A program made the translations under genes and the position numbers. This document shows positions 37,718 through 46,770 of a DNA stretch of 64,000 bases, in pieces (within the stretch, counting starts at the first letter, position 1; each line of letters starts with the position of its first letter). The notes under the pieces were generated by a model. That model was not told the DNA's origin, did not search any database, and was given only the letters and a program-made list of their open reading frames with translations. Source of the stretch: Nitrospirota bacterium (GTDB taxonomy: Bacteria > Nitrospirota > UBA9217); NCBI GenBank assembly GCA_963741205.1, contig CAVUHW010000012.1, positions 32,001 to 96,000 on the forward strand. The letters run 5' to 3'.

Positions 37718-39046
37718 TCAATGCTTTATCTGCCTAATCAACATCTCTATTCTGGCCCTGAGTTCGGGGTCTTTTTCTTTCTTTTCCTCGATCACTTTGA
37801 CTGCGTGGATCACGGTGCTGTGGTCCTTGCCGCCGAAGAAATTTCCGATCTCCGGGAGCGAGGAGTTGGCCAGAGTGCGGCAGAGATACATCGCCACCTG
37901 CCGGGGAAGCACCACGGCCTTCGTGCGGCGCTTTGACTTCAAGTCGGAAATCTTGACGCCGAAGGATTCGGCCACGACCTTTTGAACAAGCTCGTTCGTG
38001 ATGATTCTTTCCCTGCTGTCGAGCAGGTATTTCAGCTCGTTCTTGGCGAGCTCCTGGGTGATCTCCGTATTCGTGAGCGACGAGACCGCGCCGAGCTTGA
38101 CGAGCCCTCCTTCGAGCTCCCGGATATTGTTCTTCATCATGGATGCCAGAAATTCCGCGACATCGTCGGGCAGCCGGATACCCCAGAAATCCGCTTTTTT
38201 CTTGAGGATCGCGATCCTCGTCTCCAGGTCCGGCGCCTGGATGTCCGAGATCAAGCCCGATTCGAACCGGGAACGGAGACGTTCTTCAATGTCCGGGATC
38301 TCCTTGGGCTGGCGGTCGCTGGTAAGCACGATCTGTTTCTGCGCCTCGTAGAGGGCGTTGAAGGTATGGAAAAACTCTTCCTGCGTCCGCTCCTTGCCGG
38401 CAATGAACTGGATGTCATCGATGAGCAGGATATCCATGTTCCGGTATTTCTGCCGGAACTCCTCCATCCGCTGGTGGCTCATGCGGTTGATCAGTTCGTT
38501 CGTGAACTGCTCTGACGAAAGGTAGGCGACCTTGGTCCGCGGCGATCTGCTCTGGATGTGGTGGCCGATGGCGTTCACGAGGTGGGTCTTGCCCAGACCC
38601 ACGCCGCTGTAGATGAAAAGGGGATTATAGGCCCTGCCGGGCGCATCGGCCACGGCCTTGGCCGCCGCATGCGCGAATTGGTTGCTCGGCCCGACAACAA
38701 AGGTGCTGAAGGTGTATTTCTTCTCAAAGAGGCCGATCTTTTCCTCACGGCCCTCTTTTTTCTCTTCCTTCGCCTGGCGAACTGCTTTTTTCGCCTGCTG
38801 GGGCTGGACAAAAAAGTCAATTTCCATGTCTTCTCTCTTCGTGACTTCCTTGATAACATCGGTTAGCGTTCCCCAGTGGTGCTCTTTGATCCAGTCGCGG
38901 TGAAATTTGCTCGGCACTTCTATTAAAAGCTTGTTGCCGTCAATGGACAGGAGTTTCGACTGGCTGAACCAGGTGTCGTAACCCTGCTTAGACATTCGGT
39001 TTTCAATCAGCAGCAGTATCTCTTCCCAAACTCTTTCCTGATCCAT
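37718..39046 (-). CDS. dnaA: Chromosomal replication initiator DnaA
   Basis: YTFSTFVVGPSN, YNPLFIYSGVGLGKTHL, LLIDDIQF, RQVAMYL, GGKDHSTV. Confidence 0.98.
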   Translation of the reverse strand: MDQERVWEEILLLIENRMSKQGYDTWFSQSKLLSIDGNKLLIEVPSKFHRDWIKEHHWGTLTDVIKEVTKREDMEIDFFVQPQQAKKAVRQAKEEKKEGREEKIGLFEKKYTFSTFVVGPSNQFAHAAAKAVADAPGRAYNPLFIYSGVGLGKTHLVNAIGHHIQSRSPRTKVAYLSSEQFTNELINRMSHQRMEEFRQKYRNMDILLIDDIQFIAGKERTQEEFFHTFNALYEAQKQIVLTSDRQPKEIPDIEERLRSRFESGLISDIQAPDLETRIAILKKKADFWGIRLPDDVAEFLASMMKNNIRELEGGLVKLGAVSSLTNTEITQELAKNELKYLLDSRERIITNELVQKVVAESFGVKISDLKSKRRTKAVVLPRQVAMYLCRTLANSSLPEIGNFFGGKDHSTVIHAVKVIEEKKEKDPELRARIEMLIRQIKH

Positions 39047-39093
39047 AGATACCCCGAAAATACCCGGAAAAACAGCCCTGGTTACAAACATGC

Positions 39094-39113
39094 TTATCCA
39101 CAGGTGTGAATAA
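39094..39113. promoter_or_regulatory. Pair of DnaA boxes upstream of dnaA
   Basis: TTATCCACA (39094-39102) and TGTGAATAA (39105-39113). Confidence 0.85.
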
Positions 39114-39511
39114 CGATATTATTATAATATTTTCGAGATGTTATGCTTGCATTAGGAGGTTGGTTGTCCGCTTTTTAATGCCGTATTTATTGCGTATTTT
39201 TAACTGTCTCTGAAATGAGCGGGCTTAGCACACATCTTGCAAATTTTGACATTCTCCGAAGTCCGATAATACCAGCGAGGCGAAACTATACCAGAACAGC
39301 GTACTTTCTGGCAAGGTATTTTTACGGCAGAACGCGAAGCAATGATACGCTCGGCTGTCGACCACGCCGGTGATAGTTAAGAGGCGGCAATCATGGAAAA
39401 CTGCACTCTCCGATGCTGGGCTGCATTTGTTTCTCGCAGCAATCATGGCAGAACATTTGTCGCAGAATTCGTCCGTTGAGGATCAATCCGTAATTTCGTT
39501 TAAAAAATTGC

Positions 39512-39540
39512 TTGACTTCGCAACTATGCGCAGGTAGAAT
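39512..39540 (+). promoter_or_regulatory. Sigma70-type promoter for tusA-dsrE2
   Basis: TTGACT-17 nt-TAGAAT. Confidence 0.7.
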
Positions 39541-39605
39541 AGAACATTTGTTTCTAGACCCACCAAAAAAATAACATTTTATTACACTATCGGAGGTGTC
39601 TTACT

Positions 39606-39848
39606 ATGTCAGCAGATATCAAGTTTGATCAGGTGCTTGATGCAAAGGGCCTAAGCTGTCCGCTTCCCATCTTAAAGACCAAAAAAGCCGTAGAATCGCT
39701 GACCAAGGGCCAAGTGCTTAAGGTCGAGTCGACCGATCCGGGGTCGAAGAACGACATGGCAGCCTGGGCAAAAAGAACGGGAAATGAAATCGTAAAGATG
39801 GAGGAGGGTGCCGGGACGTTCACCTTCTACATTAAGAAAACGGCATAA
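39606..39848 (+). CDS. tusA: Sulfur carrier TusA-family protein
   Basis: LDAKGLSCPLP motif, TDPGS. Confidence 0.9.
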   Translation: MSADIKFDQVLDAKGLSCPLPILKTKKAVESLTKGQVLKVESTDPGSKNDMAAWAKRTGNEIVKMEEGAGTFTFYIKKTA

Positions 39849-39863
39849 TAAGAGGAGCATACG

Positions 39864-40337
39864 ATGGCTAATAAAAAAATGACGATCATTGCTTCAAAGG
39901 GTTCGCTGGACATGGCCTATCCTCCCCTCATCCTCGCAACCACGGCAGCAGCCATGGATGTTGACGTAACGATATTTTTCACGTTCTTCGGGCTTGACAT
40001 CATAAAAAAGGGCAATGCTGACAAGCTCAAAATTTCACCCATCGGCAATCCGGCCATGCCGATGCCCGTGCCGATCCCGACGCTCGTCGGATCGCTTCCC
40101 GGCATGGAGGCCATGGCAACCGCAATGATGAAGTCCAAGTTCAGCAAGCACGGCGTCGCGACCATCGGCCAGCTGCTCGATCTCGCCAGGAAAGCGGCGT
40201 AAAGATGATCGCCTGCCAGATGACCATGGATGTCATGGGCGTCAAGCAGTCGGACATGATCGACGGCGTGGAGTTCGCGGGCGCCGCAGCATGGCTGGAT
40301 ATCGCTGCTGACGCGCGACATCAATCTGTTCATATAA
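39864..40337 (+). CDS. DsrE2-family sulfurtransferase (frameshifts)
   Basis: KGSLDMAYPPLILATTAAAM..V.IFFTF, PIGNPAMPMP, IACQMTMDVMG. Confidence 0.85.
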
Positions 40338-40366
40338 ATAACCGTCGTTTCAGGAATTGTTATCGA

Positions 40367-40399
40367 AAACCGGTCCCCTCAACAGGACCGGTTTTTTTA
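40367..40399 (+). terminator. Intrinsic terminator after dsrE2
   Basis: AAAACCGGTCC...GGACCGGTTTTTTT. Confidence 0.85.
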
Positions 40400-40446
40400 T
40401 TTCGGCTCTCTGGACATTTCCTGTCGTTTATGTTAAAACCTGTTTC

Positions 40447-40792
40447 ATGATCATTCCTGCCGACCTCAAATACGACGAGAAAGGCCTCATCCCCGCGGTG
40501 ATCCAGGACTGGACAAACCGGCGAGGTCCTCATGGTCGCCTACATGAACGCCGAGTCCCTCAAGCGGACCGTCGAGACGGGGCTCACCTGGTTCTGGAGC
40601 CGGTCCCGTCAGAAGTTCTGGCAAAAGGGCGAGACCTCCGGCCACGTCCAGCGGGTAAAGGACATTCTCTACGACTGCGATCAGGATACGCTGCTCATCA
40701 AGGTGGAACAGACCGGTCCCGCCTGCCATACCGGATCGCGATGCTGCTTCTTCAGAAGTTTTTCCGGGAGCGCCGGGGAGAAGAAATCGTGA
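40447..40792 (+). CDS. hisI: Phosphoribosyl-AMP cyclohydrolase (frameshift)
   Basis: [39 protein letters not shown]. Confidence 0.92.
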
Positions 40793-41142
40793 GCCTCGAT
40801 CCCAACTGCATCTTCTGCAAGATCATCGAAAAAAAGGTCCCCTCAAAAATCGTGTACGAGGACGAGCTCGTGACCGCCTTCGAAGACGCGAACCCGCAGG
40901 CCCCCGTCCACACCCTGGTCGTGCCCAAAAAACACATTCCCGACATTCACAGCATGACCGAGGCGGACCGGGAGCTCGTCGGGCACCTCTTTTTCACGGC
41001 GCGGAAGGTCGCGGAAAACAAGGGCCTTGACTCGAAAGGCTACCGCATGGTGATCAACAACGGCCGCGACGCCGGCCAGACCGTGTTCCATATCCACCTT
41101 CATCTTCTTTCCGGACGCCGGTTCTCCTGGCCTCCGGGATAA
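40789..41142 (+). CDS. Histidine triad (HIT) nucleotide-binding protein
   Basis: [23 protein letters not shown]. Confidence 0.93.
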   Translation: MSLDPNCIFCKIIEKKVPSKIVYEDELVTAFEDANPQAPVHTLVVPKKHIPDIHSMTEADRELVGHLFFTARKVAENKGLDSKGYRMVINNGRDAGQTVFHIHLHLLSGRRFSWPPG

Positions 41143-41149
41143 TAACAAC

Positions 41150-41470
41150 GTCCTGTGAGTAGTTGATGAACAACCTGTGCAGAACTCAGGGAAGCCGGTT
41201 ATCAACAATACTGTCCGCAGAGATTCACAGACAACGACATCACTTTTTCTTTTCTTTTTTATTTTCCCTTTCAATCGGTTTGTCGATGTTCCAACATATC
41301 CACAGCGCCTACTACTACAACTACTATTTTATTAATATATATTAATAATAGATTCTTACTGCCGGCACCTGTCGATAACCGTCGGCATGATACGCCGTTC
41401 GATTCAGGATTAACACCGGCATAAAAATATTTTATTAGATATGCGAGGATAAGCATGGTATTCTTAATAT
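41150..41470. other. Replication origin oriC (DnaA boxes, DnaA-trios, AT-rich DUE)
   Basis: TTATCAACA (41199), ATATCCACA (41296), then GCGC and CTA CTA CTA CAA CTA CTA trios (41309-41326), AT-rich palindrome TTATTAATATATATTAATAA, TGTCGATAA (41370). Confidence 0.85.
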
Positions 41471-41614
41471 CGTCAAAACTGACTCACCGGGTCATTCCCG
41501 AGGGTTGAATCGGGAATACGTTTTTTACGTTCTGAATAATCCGTATCCCTGATAGAATCATTCGGGGATGACGGCAGAGGAACTATCATCACGGCACCAA
41601 CAAGGAGGCGCACG

Positions 41615-41989
41615 ATGGAAAACAAAGAGTTTGTTTTTATTCTGACCCATTCGTATGATGCGATCGAACGTTCGGCGGCGGCGCTGCAGCTTGCAACCAA
41701 CATGGTGGCCTTCGATGCAAAGATCGATTTCTTTCTGATGAACGAAGGAGTCCATCTCGCGCGCAAGGGATTCGCCGAATCCGTATCGTGGCAGCACGGT
41801 TTTTCGCCTGTCGCTGAACTCATGAAAAGCCTGGTCGAGGATTTCGACTGTAAGTTCTACATCTGCGCATCCTGCGTGAAACCCTACGGACTAGAAGGCG
41901 CGGAGTTCATCAAGAATTCGGAAGTGAAACCCGGTTCCTTTCTCGGCGAGATGTTGATGAAGCGGCAGGGGCTCCTAACGTTCGCGTAG
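41615..41989 (+). CDS. DsrE/DsrF-family protein
   Basis: FFLMNEGVHLARKG, FYICASC. Confidence 0.8.
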   Translation: MENKEFVFILTHSYDAIERSAAALQLATNMVAFDAKIDFFLMNEGVHLARKGFAESVSWQHGFSPVAELMKSLVEDFDCKFYICASCVKPYGLEGAEFIKNSEVKPGSFLGEMLMKRQGLLTFA

Positions 41990-42102
41990 GTTTCAAATCA
42001 GCGGAATGATATGCTTTTATTGATTGTCAGATGGCCATCAATATCCGTGTTCCGTAGTTACAATATGCCGTAAGATAATGTTCAAAATGGTGCAATCCTG
42101 CC

Positions 42103-42678
42103 ATGAAAAACATCGCGAATTTCCTGTTTGAGGCGGGCATGCTGAAGCGCACGCCGAGGAGCGGTTTTCAGTTTCTCGGTTCCGGCGCGGAGTCCGTGGC
42201 GGAGCATATCTTCCGGACCACGTATATCGCTTATGCCCTCGGAAAACTGGCGTCGGGCGTCGATGTAGACCGCATGATCAAGATGTGCCTGTTCCACGAT
42301 CTGCCGGAGGCGCGGACGGGCGACCTCAACTACGTGAACAAAAAATATGTTGAGGCGAACGAGAAAAAAGCGGTGGAAGACCTCGCGCAGACGCTGCCGT
42401 TCGGAAGCGAGATCCGCGAATTGATTCTTGAATTCATCGAGGGAAACACGGAAGAGGCAAAACTGGCACGAGATGCGGACCAGCTCGAGATGATCCTCGC
42501 GCTGAAGGAGTACAAGGACCTCGGAAACAAATACGCGGACGAGTGGCTGGAGTTTTCACTCAAGCGGCTGCAGACGGATGCCGCGCGCGATCTGGCAAAG
42601 ACCATTCTTGAAACCGATTCATCGCTGTGGTGGTTCAGCGACAAGGGTGATTGGTGGGTCAGCGGCGGCAAGCGTTGA
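42103..42678 (+). CDS. HD-domain hydrolase (YfbR-like 5'-nucleotidase)
   Basis: LKRTPRSG, ESVAEH, HDLPEARTGD, DADQLE. Confidence 0.88.
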   Translation: MKNIANFLFEAGMLKRTPRSGFQFLGSGAESVAEHIFRTTYIAYALGKLASGVDVDRMIKMCLFHDLPEARTGDLNYVNKKYVEANEKKAVEDLAQTLPFGSEIRELILEFIEGNTEEAKLARDADQLEMILALKEYKDLGNKYADEWLEFSLKRLQTDAARDLAKTILETDSSLWWFSDKGDWWVSGGKR

Positions 42679-43293
42679 GAGCCTGTAATAGGCGGATCCG
42701 GTTGTTGTCCGCTCGTTGATGTCGATGCGGTAAATGCGGCTTCCTGCCCTTTGGTAGTGTTCAATAAGCGGCGCTGTCCGCTCCTCGTATATTCTGAGTT
42801 TTTTTTCGATCAACGCCTGTTCATCGTCCGCGCGCCCGACCCTGTCCCCTCCGGTATTTTCCCCGATCCTCTGGAGAACTGACTCAACGGAACAGTCAAG
42901 AACCACGAGCGAGTGGACCGTGGCGATCGATGCGACGTCCTTTGCCTGGCCTTCGTGGCGCGGAATGCCGTTCAGGACCAGCACATCGCCGGGACGGAAG
43001 CGGGAGCGTTCAAGGAACAGACGGATGATCTTCTTCGCGAGAACAAAGTGCTCGTTCTCGAGAAGCAAGCCACGATCAAGCACTCCGATGATGAATTCCC
43101 GCTCCTCTCGCGTATAGGAAGAGGCGCCGATGCCCGATGCAATGGAGCGGAGTTCGGAGCCGAAGTCCAGATGATGGGTCCTTCTGCCGAGAAAACCGCG
43201 CGATGCGAGAATATCGCCGAGCGGGCTTTTTCCTGAACCGGTCGGCCCGAGGAGCAGGATGGCATCGATGGGGTAGGTGTATTGAGTTGTCAT
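42619..43293 (-). CDS. Adenylate-kinase-like nucleoside monophosphate kinase
   Basis: P-loop GPTGSGKS, DFGSELR, LNGIPR..QA, R.DD, Y.ERT.PLI.HY. Confidence 0.75.
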   Translation of the reverse strand: MTTQYTYPIDAILLLGPTGSGKSPLGDILASRGFLGRRTHHLDFGSELRSIASGIGASSYTREEREFIIGVLDRGLLLENEHFVLAKKIIRLFLERSRFRPGDVLVLNGIPRHEGQAKDVASIATVHSLVVLDCSVESVLQRIGENTGGDRVGRADDEQALIEKKLRIYEERTAPLIEHYQRAGSRIYRIDINERTTTGSAYYRLSTLAAADPPITLVAEPPQR

Positions 43294-43368
43294 GCTTCAT
43301 GACTCCTGGGTTCCCGCTGGAGCCCGCCCCGGCATGATTTAAGCAGCGGGGGCGACAGACGGCTTTTT

Positions 43369-43797
43369 TCATCGTTTTCTCTTTTTAAGGCTTTCGAGGC
43401 TCTTCTTTGATGCGATGGTGAGCCTGTCTTCGGGAATCTCGTCGATTGCGAACCAGCCGATCTCGTCGCATTTGTGCGGCTCCCGGATGCGGGGAGTGCC
43501 GCTCGCGATCCCGCACAGGAACGAGGGCGAAACCCAGTGCTGCTGTTCCTCCGGGATGAGGTGGTTTACGACATCGAGGAGTTCCAGAACCACGATCTCG
43601 ATGCCGTACTCTTCCCTGACCTCGCGCGCGAGCGCATGTTCGAGGGTCTCTCCGAACTCGACGCCGCCTCCGGGAAATTCCCATCTTCCCGATTCGTTCT
43701 TCGCCTCCTTGCCTCGTTTGGCGAGAAAGACACGGCCCCCGGAGTCGAAGATCACGGCGCCGACGCCCACGCCGATATAATCGATACCTTTTTTCAT
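43369..43797 (-). CDS. NUDIX hydrolase
   Basis: Nudix box GGGVEFGETLEHALAREVREEYG. Confidence 0.9.
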   Translation of the reverse strand: MKKGIDYIGVGVGAVIFDSGGRVFLAKRGKEAKNESGRWEFPGGGVEFGETLEHALAREVREEYGIEIVVLELLDVVNHLIPEEQQHWVSPSFLCGIASGTPRIREPHKCDEIGWFAIDEIPEDRLTIASKKSLESLKKRKR

Positions 43798-43819
43798 TGG
43801 TTGTCCCGGTAACACCCAG

Positions 43820-43930
43820 AGTAACCACGGGTCCTGACAGAGTCAGGACACACAGAGAAACACAGTTAAAGAAGTTCAAACGAAGTTGTACGTTACCGTG
43901 TGTTCCGCGCTTCGCGGAACCTGTGGTTCC
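43820..43930. repeat. Hairpin element upstream of the NUDIX gene
   Basis: AACCACGGG-TCCTGAC..GTCAGGA-CACACAG ... CCGTGTG-TTCCGCG..CGCGGAA-CCTGTGGTT. Confidence 0.65.
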
Positions 43931-44008
43931 AATCCGACGCTCGGTTCTGTCGCAATCTACCAAAAATGCGGGACAAAGTCAAAACCCTGTTTCCACATGG
44001 TTTTTTGC

Positions 44009-44036
44009 TTGACATTGTTTCGTTTTGGCTTATAAT
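44009..44036 (+). promoter_or_regulatory. Sigma70 promoter of the rpmH operon
   Basis: TTGACA-16 nt-TATAAT perfect hexamers. Confidence 0.85.
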
Positions 44037-44077
44037 ACCCCCCTGTTAATAATATCCATACGAAGGAGTAAGCTACG

Positions 44078-44215
44078 ATGTCGGAAACAACAGCACAAAA
44101 AAGCAATCTCAAACAGAAGCGGGCGCAGGGCTTCCGCAAGCGGATGCAATCGCCGACGGGACGGGAAGTCCTCAACCGCCGCAGGGCCAAGGGAAGAAAG
44201 CGTCTCGCCGTATAG
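44078..44215 (+). CDS. rpmH: 50S ribosomal protein L34 (not in the ORF track)
   Basis: [45 protein letters not shown]; AAGGAG SD; precedes rnpA. Confidence 0.93.
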   Translation: MSETTAQKSNLKQKRAQGFRKRMQSPTGREVLNRRRAKGRKRLAV

Positions 44216-44235
44216 CACCCCGCGGGATGTGACCC

Positions 44236-44610
44236 ATGCCGTACGCATACCGGAAAAGCGAGCGAATAAGAAAAAATACGGAATTTGTCTCTACGATGAA
44301 AGGAAAAAGACTGTCATTCGACGGTCTTTCTCTTTTTTATACGAATAACGATACGGGTAATTTCAGGGTGGGGATCTCCGTCAGCAAAAAGCTGGCAAAT
44401 GCGGTCAAGAGAAACAGGTTGAGGCGGCGGATACGGAACAGCGTCATGAAGGCGCTCGCGGGACATTCGCTGGGGTATGATCTGGTCTTCGTGGCGCGCC
44501 GGGAGATCACCACGGCGGGGTATGAGAAAATCATGAAGACCGTAGAGGCCGTTCTTCGAAGAACGGCCCTTCAGAGCCCCGCGCAACGCGGGGAAGGCAC
44601 AAGACCGTGA
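44236..44610 (+). CDS. rnpA: Ribonuclease P protein component
   Basis: RVGISVSKK..NAVKRNRLRRR. Confidence 0.93.
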   Translation: MPYAYRKSERIRKNTEFVSTMKGKRLSFDGLSLFYTNNDTGNFRVGISVSKKLANAVKRNRLRRRIRNSVMKALAGHSLGYDLVFVARREITTAGYEKIMKTVEAVLRRTALQSPAQRGEGTRP

Positions 44611-44816
44611 ACCGCTTTTTCATCGCCGTCATCCGCCGATACCGGCGTTATATTTCCCCGTTCCTGCCGCAAGCCTGCCGGTTCACTCCCACGTGTTCCG
44701 AATACGCCATCGAGGCCTTTGAGAAGAAGAGCGCGATGCGGGCGCTCTGGATGACTGCCCTGAGGATCGCGAAGTGCCACCCCTTTCATCCCGGCGGATA
44801 CGACCCTGTACGTTAA
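44607..44816 (+). CDS. yidD: Membrane protein insertion efficiency factor
   Basis: CRFTPTCSEY...RI.KCHPFHPGGYDPV. Confidence 0.95.
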   Translation: MNRFFIAVIRRYRRYISPFLPQACRFTPTCSEYAIEAFEKKSAMRALWMTALRIAKCHPFHPGGYDPVR

Positions 44817-44828
44817 TCCGGAGGATTC

Positions 44829-46529
44829 ATGGAAACTCGAAGATTTATTTTAGCACTCTCTCTGTCCCTGCTCGTATTTCTCGTCTATGTGAAGTATTTC
44901 GCGCCCAAACCTCCGGTCCAGACTCCGGAACAGGGGGCCGTCAAACAGGAAGCCGCAGAGCACAGGGAGGAAGAGGCAACGCGCCCTCCCGTTCGCCCCG
45001 AGGCCGTTGCGTCAAGGATTGAGGAAGCCGCCAAAGGGAAAGAGATCGTCATTGAAACGGACCTCGTAAAGGCCACGGTCAATACGGCCGGCGGCGTCAT
45101 CACCCGCTGGGAGCTCAAGAACTACCGCGAGGCCGACAAGACCGAGGTTGGACTGGGTGCGCTGTACAAGCGGTTCACGGGACAGGCGAAAAAGGAAGAG
45201 AAGCCGAAGAAGGAACTGGGCAATGTGCAGCTCGTGCCGTTCTACGAAGGACTGGACCGGAAGGACCTTGTTTCACCGCTTACCCTCGCGCCCCTCGACA
45301 AGACCCTTTACAAGCTCTCACAGGTCGAGTACCGAGCGGACCGTGATGCGCTCCTTTTAGGCAAGGACAAGCCCACAGAGACCCTGGTGCTTACTTACGC
45401 GGGTCCTGCCGGCCTCTCGATCGAAAAAAAGTTTACCTTTTATAATAACGACTACAAGGTCGATATAGCCGTTACGACCAGGGGCCTGGACGGATATACC
45501 CTCTCGCTCGGGACGGATTTCGGCATCGCCGACAAGGTGAGCAAGGACGCCAGCGGCCGCGTGGGCCTCGTCGCCCTTGTGGACGGCAAAACAATCACCG
45601 ACAAGCTGGACAGCATCAAGGGAGAAGTGCAGCATGCCGGCTCCGTGGAATGGTTCAGCCAGGAGGACAAGTATTTCACGGCGACGCTCCTCTACGGATC
45701 GAACGGCATCATTACAGCCAGAAGGACCGCCGAGCCGAAGGAGATCGGCGACCTTTTGACCACGAACCTCACCGTGAAGGAGAAGCCCGAGGCCCACACC
45801 TTTACACTCTATGCAGGTCCGAAGAGCTTCACGCTTCTGCAGGCCCATGGCCACGGCCTGGAACAGATGGTCGACTACGGGTGGTTCGGCATTCTCGCGA
45901 AGCCTATGTTCTGGCTCCTCCGGCAGTTTTATACGATCACGCAGAATTACGGTATCGCGATCATCCTGCTCACGATCGTGGTGAGGATACTCCTGTTCTA
46001 TCCCTCGCTCAAGAGCGCCACGGCCATGGAGGAAATGAAAAAGATCCAGCCGCAGCTCATGGCGATCCGCGAGAAATACAAAAAAGACCCCGCCCGAGTA
46101 AACCAGGAGATGATGAAGCTCTACAAGGAGCACAAGGTGAACCCCCTGGGAGGGTGTCTGCCCATGCTTCTGCAGCTGCCGTTTTTCGTCGCGCTCTACA
46201 ACGTGCTGTCCGTGTCCATCGAGCTCAGGCAGTCGCCCTTCATCTCCTTCTGGATCAAGGACCTGTCCGTCTATGATCCCTTCTACATCCTGCCCGTGCT
46301 CATGGGCGTCTCCATGATCTTCACCATGAAGATGACCTCGACGACGGCGGACCCGCAGCAGGCCAAGATCATGATGTTCATGAATATCGCGTTTATATTC
46401 CTCTTCGCCTGGCTCCCGGCCGGCCTCTTGCTCTATATCACGCTCAGTAACGTGCTCTCGATCGTCCAGCAGCTGTACGTTCGCCGGATCCTCGGTCTCA
46501 AGACGGACTCCGCGGCCCTCTCCGCGTAG
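44829..46529 (+). CDS. yidC: Membrane protein insertase YidC
   Basis: DYGWF, NYGIAII, NPLGGCLP, ELRQ.PF..WI.DLS..DP, PAGL.LY. Confidence 0.96.
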   Translation: METRRFILALSLSLLVFLVYVKYFAPKPPVQTPEQGAVKQEAAEHREEEATRPPVRPEAVASRIEEAAKGKEIVIETDLVKATVNTAGGVITRWELKNYREADKTEVGLGALYKRFTGQAKKEEKPKKELGNVQLVPFYEGLDRKDLVSPLTLAPLDKTLYKLSQVEYRADRDALLLGKDKPTETLVLTYAGPAGLSIEKKFTFYNNDYKVDIAVTTRGLDGYTLSLGTDFGIADKVSKDASGRVGLVALVDGKTITDKLDSIKGEVQHAGSVEWFSQEDKYFTATLLYGSNGIITARRTAEPKEIGDLLTTNLTVKEKPEAHTFTLYAGPKSFTLLQAHGHGLEQMVDYGWFGILAKPMFWLLRQFYTITQNYGIAIILLTIVVRILLFYPSLKSATAMEEMKKIQPQLMAIREKYKKDPARVNQEMMKLYKEHKVNPLGGCLPMLLQLPFFVALYNVLSVSIELRQSPFISFWIKDLSVYDPFYILPVLMGVSMIFTMKMTSTTADPQQAKIMMFMNIAFIFLFAWLPAGLLLYITLSNVLSIVQQLYVRRILGLKTDSAALSA

Positions 46530-46651
46530 TTTGACCCTCCTCTGCCTGCTCCCGGCCTCTTGCGGGAGCGGGCGTTTCGACTTCATCGGTATTCGATTTA
46601 GGAATGAAAAGAATCTGATTCTTCTCAGAATGGAGAGGATATTTCTTGCTA

Positions 46652-46745
46652 GTCGCCACGCGCGCGAAGAAGGCAAAGATTATTGGGATTTAAACCGATA
46701 GGGAATGATTACTTTGCATCCCCTCGCGCACTTTGCGAGAGAGAC
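46652..46745. repeat. Hairpin element downstream of yidC
   Basis: TCGCCACGCGCGCGAAGAAGGCAAAG ... CTTTGCATCCCCTCGCGCACTTTGCGA. Confidence 0.55.
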
Positions 46746-46770
46746 GCTTTTGTTCGCTGATTTGTCTGGG

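Noticed and set aside
43988-44003. parS site
   Set aside because: TGTTTCCACATGGTTT does not match the TGTTTCACGTGAAACA palindrome; it is closer to a degenerate DnaA box.
45357-46676. Long antisense ORFs (e.g. 439 aa opposite yidC, 542 aa opposite mtaA, 450 aa opposite HD-GYP)
   Set aside because: Shadow ORFs expected from high-GC codon bias; no recognisable motifs.
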